DNA of 64,000 nt, taken from contig CAWCFX010000002.1 of NCBI GenBank assembly GCA_963795085.1, positions 32,001 through 96,000 of the forward strand, read 5' to 3'. Made by a program: the position numbers and the translations under genes. Origin of the DNA: an uncultured Gemmatimonadales bacterium (GTDB taxonomy: Bacteria > Gemmatimonadota > Gemmatimonadetes > Gemmatimonadales > GWC2-71-9). Below the pieces are notes generated by a model. That model was not told the DNA's origin and did not search any database. It saw only the letters and a program-made list of their open reading frames with translations. This document shows positions 60,865 to 64,000 of the stretch, one piece after another (position 1 is the stretch's first letter; every line of letters begins with the position of its first letter).

Positions 60865-61971
60865 ATGACACCCGCCGACAAAGCGCGCCCCACTCCCGAA
60901 CCGGAAATCCGCAAAGGCCAGGGCGACGTCAAGCTCTCGCGGGAGGAGTTTGCCCGGAGGCTGGGGGAGCGGTTCGACGATCCGTCTTTCGATGGGGTGC
61001 GGGAATCCATCGACGTTGTGATCGACGTCGCCTGGAAAAACTACGACGAGTACCACAAGAGTCCCCGCAAGCGGAAAGCGGGGCCGGGATTTGCCGACCC
61101 GGAACACGAACTGCCGGTCGAGTGGCTGGAGGCCCGGGCCCGGATCATCGAGGCGGAGGAAAGGCAGAAATCCCCAGGTGGGCCTGGCCGCATTCTGCTG
61201 ATATGTGCCTCGCCCCGAAGCGACCAGACCTGCCCCGGCGAGATGTCGAAAACGTTCCGGCTGGTGACCCTGGCCCGGGAAGTCATCGAGACGGCCGGGG
61301 GAATGGAGTGCGACCTGCTCGACCTGAGCCATCTGACCTCGGAATACGGCCGCCAGATCCTTCCCTGCAAGGGCTGCGTATCCACCGCGATGCCGCTCTG
61401 CCACTGGCCCTGCTCCTGCTATCCCAACCATGCGCTGGGCCAGGTGAACGACTGGATGAACGACCTCTATCCTCGCTGGGTCGCCGCCCACGGGGTGCTC
61501 ATCGTGACCCCGGTGCACTGGTACCAGGCCCCCAGTGTCCTCAAGCTGATGATTGACCGCCTGGTATGCGCCGACGGGGGCAACCCCGACCAGACTTCCA
61601 CGCACGGCAAGACGGTCGAGGAGGCCAAGCGGCTGGAACTGGAAGGCTGGCCGTATCCCAAGCACCTGGCCGGCCGCGCCTTCGGGGTGGTAGTCCATGG
61701 CGATGTCGCCGGCACCGAGGAGTTGCGGCGGGCCCTGACCGACTGGCTCAAGTGGATGGGCCTCATTGAAAGCGGGGGGTGGGGCACCCTGGACCGCTAT
61801 ATCGGCTACTACGAACCCTACGCCACTAGTCACGACGCCCTGGACGCGGACGAGGACGTCCAGGAGGAGACTCGGAACGTGGCGCGAAGCGTGGTCGCCA
61901 TGGTGCGCCAGATCCGCGCGGGCGAATACACCCTTCCCGATCAAGGCCTGGATTCCCCCCGGCCCAAGTAG
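60865..61971 (+). CDS. Flavodoxin-like NADPH-dependent FMN reductase family protein
   Basis: ICASPRS..TCPGE.SK, PCKGC, CHWPCSC, TPVHWY, LKLMIDRL. Confidence 0.85.
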   Translation: MTPADKARPTPEPEIRKGQGDVKLSREEFARRLGERFDDPSFDGVRESIDVVIDVAWKNYDEYHKSPRKRKAGPGFADPEHELPVEWLEARARIIEAEERQKSPGGPGRILLICASPRSDQTCPGEMSKTFRLVTLAREVIETAGGMECDLLDLSHLTSEYGRQILPCKGCVSTAMPLCHWPCSCYPNHALGQVNDWMNDLYPRWVAAHGVLIVTPVHWYQAPSVLKLMIDRLVCADGGNPDQTSTHGKTVEEAKRLELEGWPYPKHLAGRAFGVVVHGDVAGTEELRRALTDWLKWMGLIESGGWGTLDRYIGYYEPYATSHDALDADEDVQEETRNVARSVVAMVRQIRAGEYTLPDQGLDSPRPK

Positions 61972-62075
61972 CTGGGGGAGACGCGCGACTGCCTGATCGG
62001 GCACTCCGCGGTTATCGGGACCGTCTCTCGTTTCCTCGATCCCGCCTGGCCAGCCTGCCGGGCGTACGGTGGGGG

Positions 62076-63491
62076 ATGTCCGATCTCTCCCACCGCCTGG
62101 CCCGCGCCCACGATCTGCTGCAGCGCCACTTCGGTTTTCCCGATTTCCGGCCCGCCCAGCGGCGGGTGGTGCAATCGGTGCTCGCCGGCCATGATACGCT
62201 CGCGGTGCTTCCGACCGGGGGAGGGAAGTCGGTCTGCTTCCAGGTCCCCGCCCTGGTGCTGGAGGGAATCACCGTGGTCATTTCTCCGCTTATTTCGCTC
62301 ATGCAGGACCAGGTCGAGGCGCTGCGCCGCCGAGGCGTCACCGCCGAGTTTCTGAACAGCACGCAGAGCGGCGAAGCCGCCGCCGCGATCCTGCGGCGAC
62401 TCTGCGGCGGCGACCTCCGCATGGTCTATATCTCGCCGGAGCGGCTCACTTCCCTGGCCGGCGATCTCCGCCGGCTCAACTGCCGGCCTGCCCTGCTGGC
62501 GGTGGACGAGTCGCACTGTATTTCCGAGTGGGGCCACGATTTCCGCCCTTCCTACCGGGACATCGCCCGGGCCCGCTATCTCCTGGGCAACCCACCGGTA
62601 GTCGCCCTGACCGGCAGCGCCACCCCCGAGGTGCGGGACGACATTGCCCGGTCCCTGCGGCTCAAGAACCACCGCCTGATTCTCGGCTCGTTCGACCGGC
62701 CCAATCTCTGGTTCGGCGTCGTCCGGGTTGCCGGTGAGGCTGCCCGGTGGACAGCCCTGCGACGGGCGCTCGCCGCATCGCGAGGAATGTGCATCGTGTA
62801 CACCGCCACCCGGGGCCAGGCGGAACTGGTGACCCAGGCCCTGCGTGAGCATGGCTACCGGGCCTCGCCCTACCACGCCGGTCTGCACGCCGGCGTCCGC
62901 GAACGAATTCTGCACGCGTTCCTCGCTGACGACGTGGACGTCGTGGTGGCGACGAGTGCCTTCGGCATGGGCATCGACAAGGCCACCGTCCGGCTGGTGG
63001 TCCACTGGATTGTCTCGCCCACCATGGAATCCTACTACCAGGAAGCGGGCCGGGCGGGGCGCGACGGCTCACCGGCGCGGTGCATCGCTCTCTACCACCC
63101 CGGGGATTCGGCACTGGCGCGCCGGCAACTGGAGACCACCCTCCCGCCCCGTCGGCTGCTGGAGCGGACCTGGCGGAGCGGGCCGCCGCCGGGTACGCCG
63201 CAGTCGGTCCTGGAATCCGCGGAACGGCTTCGCCGGGAATTGCGTCCCCAGGATGGGCCGATCGCCTGGGAAGCGATCGAAGCCCGGCGGTCGCGGGCCA
63301 CCGCGCGGCTGGCCGCTATGGAGCGTTACGCCCGGTCCAGGCGGTGCCGGCGCGGCTTGGTCCTCCGGTACTTTGGAGAGGTTCCGGGGTCCTGCAGCGG
63401 GTGCGACCGTTGCTCCGGAATGCCCGCGGAACTGGTGCCCCCCGGGCCGCTGGCGGAGCTAGCCAGAAGATGGGTGGGGGTGCAGATTTAG
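62076..63491 (+). CDS. recQ: RecQ family DNA helicase (short, no HRDC)
   Basis: PTGGGKS, SPLISLMQDQ, VDESHCISEWGHDFRP, AFGMGID, QEAGRAGRDG, CRR..C..CD.C. Confidence 0.92.
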   Translation: MSDLSHRLARAHDLLQRHFGFPDFRPAQRRVVQSVLAGHDTLAVLPTGGGKSVCFQVPALVLEGITVVISPLISLMQDQVEALRRRGVTAEFLNSTQSGEAAAAILRRLCGGDLRMVYISPERLTSLAGDLRRLNCRPALLAVDESHCISEWGHDFRPSYRDIARARYLLGNPPVVALTGSATPEVRDDIARSLRLKNHRLILGSFDRPNLWFGVVRVAGEAARWTALRRALAASRGMCIVYTATRGQAELVTQALREHGYRASPYHAGLHAGVRERILHAFLADDVDVVVATSAFGMGIDKATVRLVVHWIVSPTMESYYQEAGRAGRDGSPARCIALYHPGDSALARRQLETTLPPRRLLERTWRSGPPPGTPQSVLESAERLRRELRPQDGPIAWEAIEARRSRATARLAAMERYARSRRCRRGLVLRYFGEVPGSCSGCDRCSGMPAELVPPGPLAELARRWVGVQI

Positions 63492-63611
63492 CCCCTCATT
63501 CGCTCATTCCCTATGGAGAACCACGGCCACTGTTGAAGAACATCGGTTCGGTCTTCGATTCTGCCGCCTCGAGTCGGACGCCCCGGGTAGCTCTGCCGGT
63601 GGGCGGTCGCC

Positions 63612-64000
63612 ATGGATAGCGAAGCGCCAGGCCTCGCCGAGGAGTCGGCGCGGGATCGGCTGGCGGACGCGCTGGGCCCCAAGTTCGAGGTCCGCGATCT
63701 GCTGGGCCGGGGCGGCTTCGCCGAGGTGTACGAAGTGCACGACCGGCAGCTGCACCGCCGGCTGGCGGTCAAGGTGCTCCGGCCGGACCTCGCCTGGACC
63801 CAGGGCATGCTGCAGCGCTTCGAGAAAGAGGCGCGGGCGCTCGCCAGCCTCAGCCACCCCAACATTCTCCCCATCCATTTCGTCGGCGATCGCGGCGGCC
63901 TGGTTTACTACGCCATGCCCTACGTGGAGGGCCTTTCGCTCGGAGACATCCTCCGCACCGAAGGACCCATGGACGGCGAGCGGGCCGCCGGGCTGATACG
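63612..64000 (+). CDS. Hanks-type Ser/Thr protein kinase, N-terminal part (runs off the window)
   Basis: Manual translation: LGRGGFAEVY, LAVKVL, RFEKEAR..ASLSHPNI, YYAMPYVEG. Confidence 0.92.
   Translation, partial: MDSEAPGLAEESARDRLADALGPKFEVRDLLGRGGFAEVYEVHDRQLHRRLAVKVLRPDLAWTQGMLQRFEKEARALASLSHPNILPIHFVGDRGGLVYYAMPYVEGLSLGDILRTEGPMDGERAAGLI

Overview
GC-rich bacterial chromosome segment; gene content and order are most consistent with Gemmatimonadota (inference, no search run). About 56 CDS: purB/htrA/truA, lexA, a HEAT + HD-GYP + MCP signalling block, folK-panB-panC, a glycoside-oxidation cluster (two GMC/small-subunit pairs, Gfo/Idh/MocA, TIM-barrel, GH20, MFS), rlmN, aspS-phoH-7TM-HD-ybeY-CBS-CBS-ABC1, a TonB receptor, a B12 acyl-CoA mutase/carboxyltransferase/AtuA/crotonase cluster interrupted by a baeRF1-like gene and a TPP II-like subtilase, recQ and a Ser/Thr kinase. 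No rRNA, tRNA, CRISPR or transposase was seen. The main unexplained structure is a set of 7-17 bp tandem arrays with strand polarity: the purine-rich strand follows stop codons and the pyrimidine-rich strand precedes starts. One inverted pair encloses a four-helix-bundle (IVS/Avd-like) gene, and an 'empty' pair of the same family lies after lexA. Other leads: a candidate direct-repeat LexA operator (TTCGG-N6-TTCGG x2) over the lexA promoter, an RxxQ HD-GYP (possible 3',3'-cGAMP phosphodiesterase) sharing an unnamed N-terminal domain with its HEAT neighbour, an isobutyryl-CoA-mutase-type active site, and an unexplained 96-bp duplicated intergenic element.
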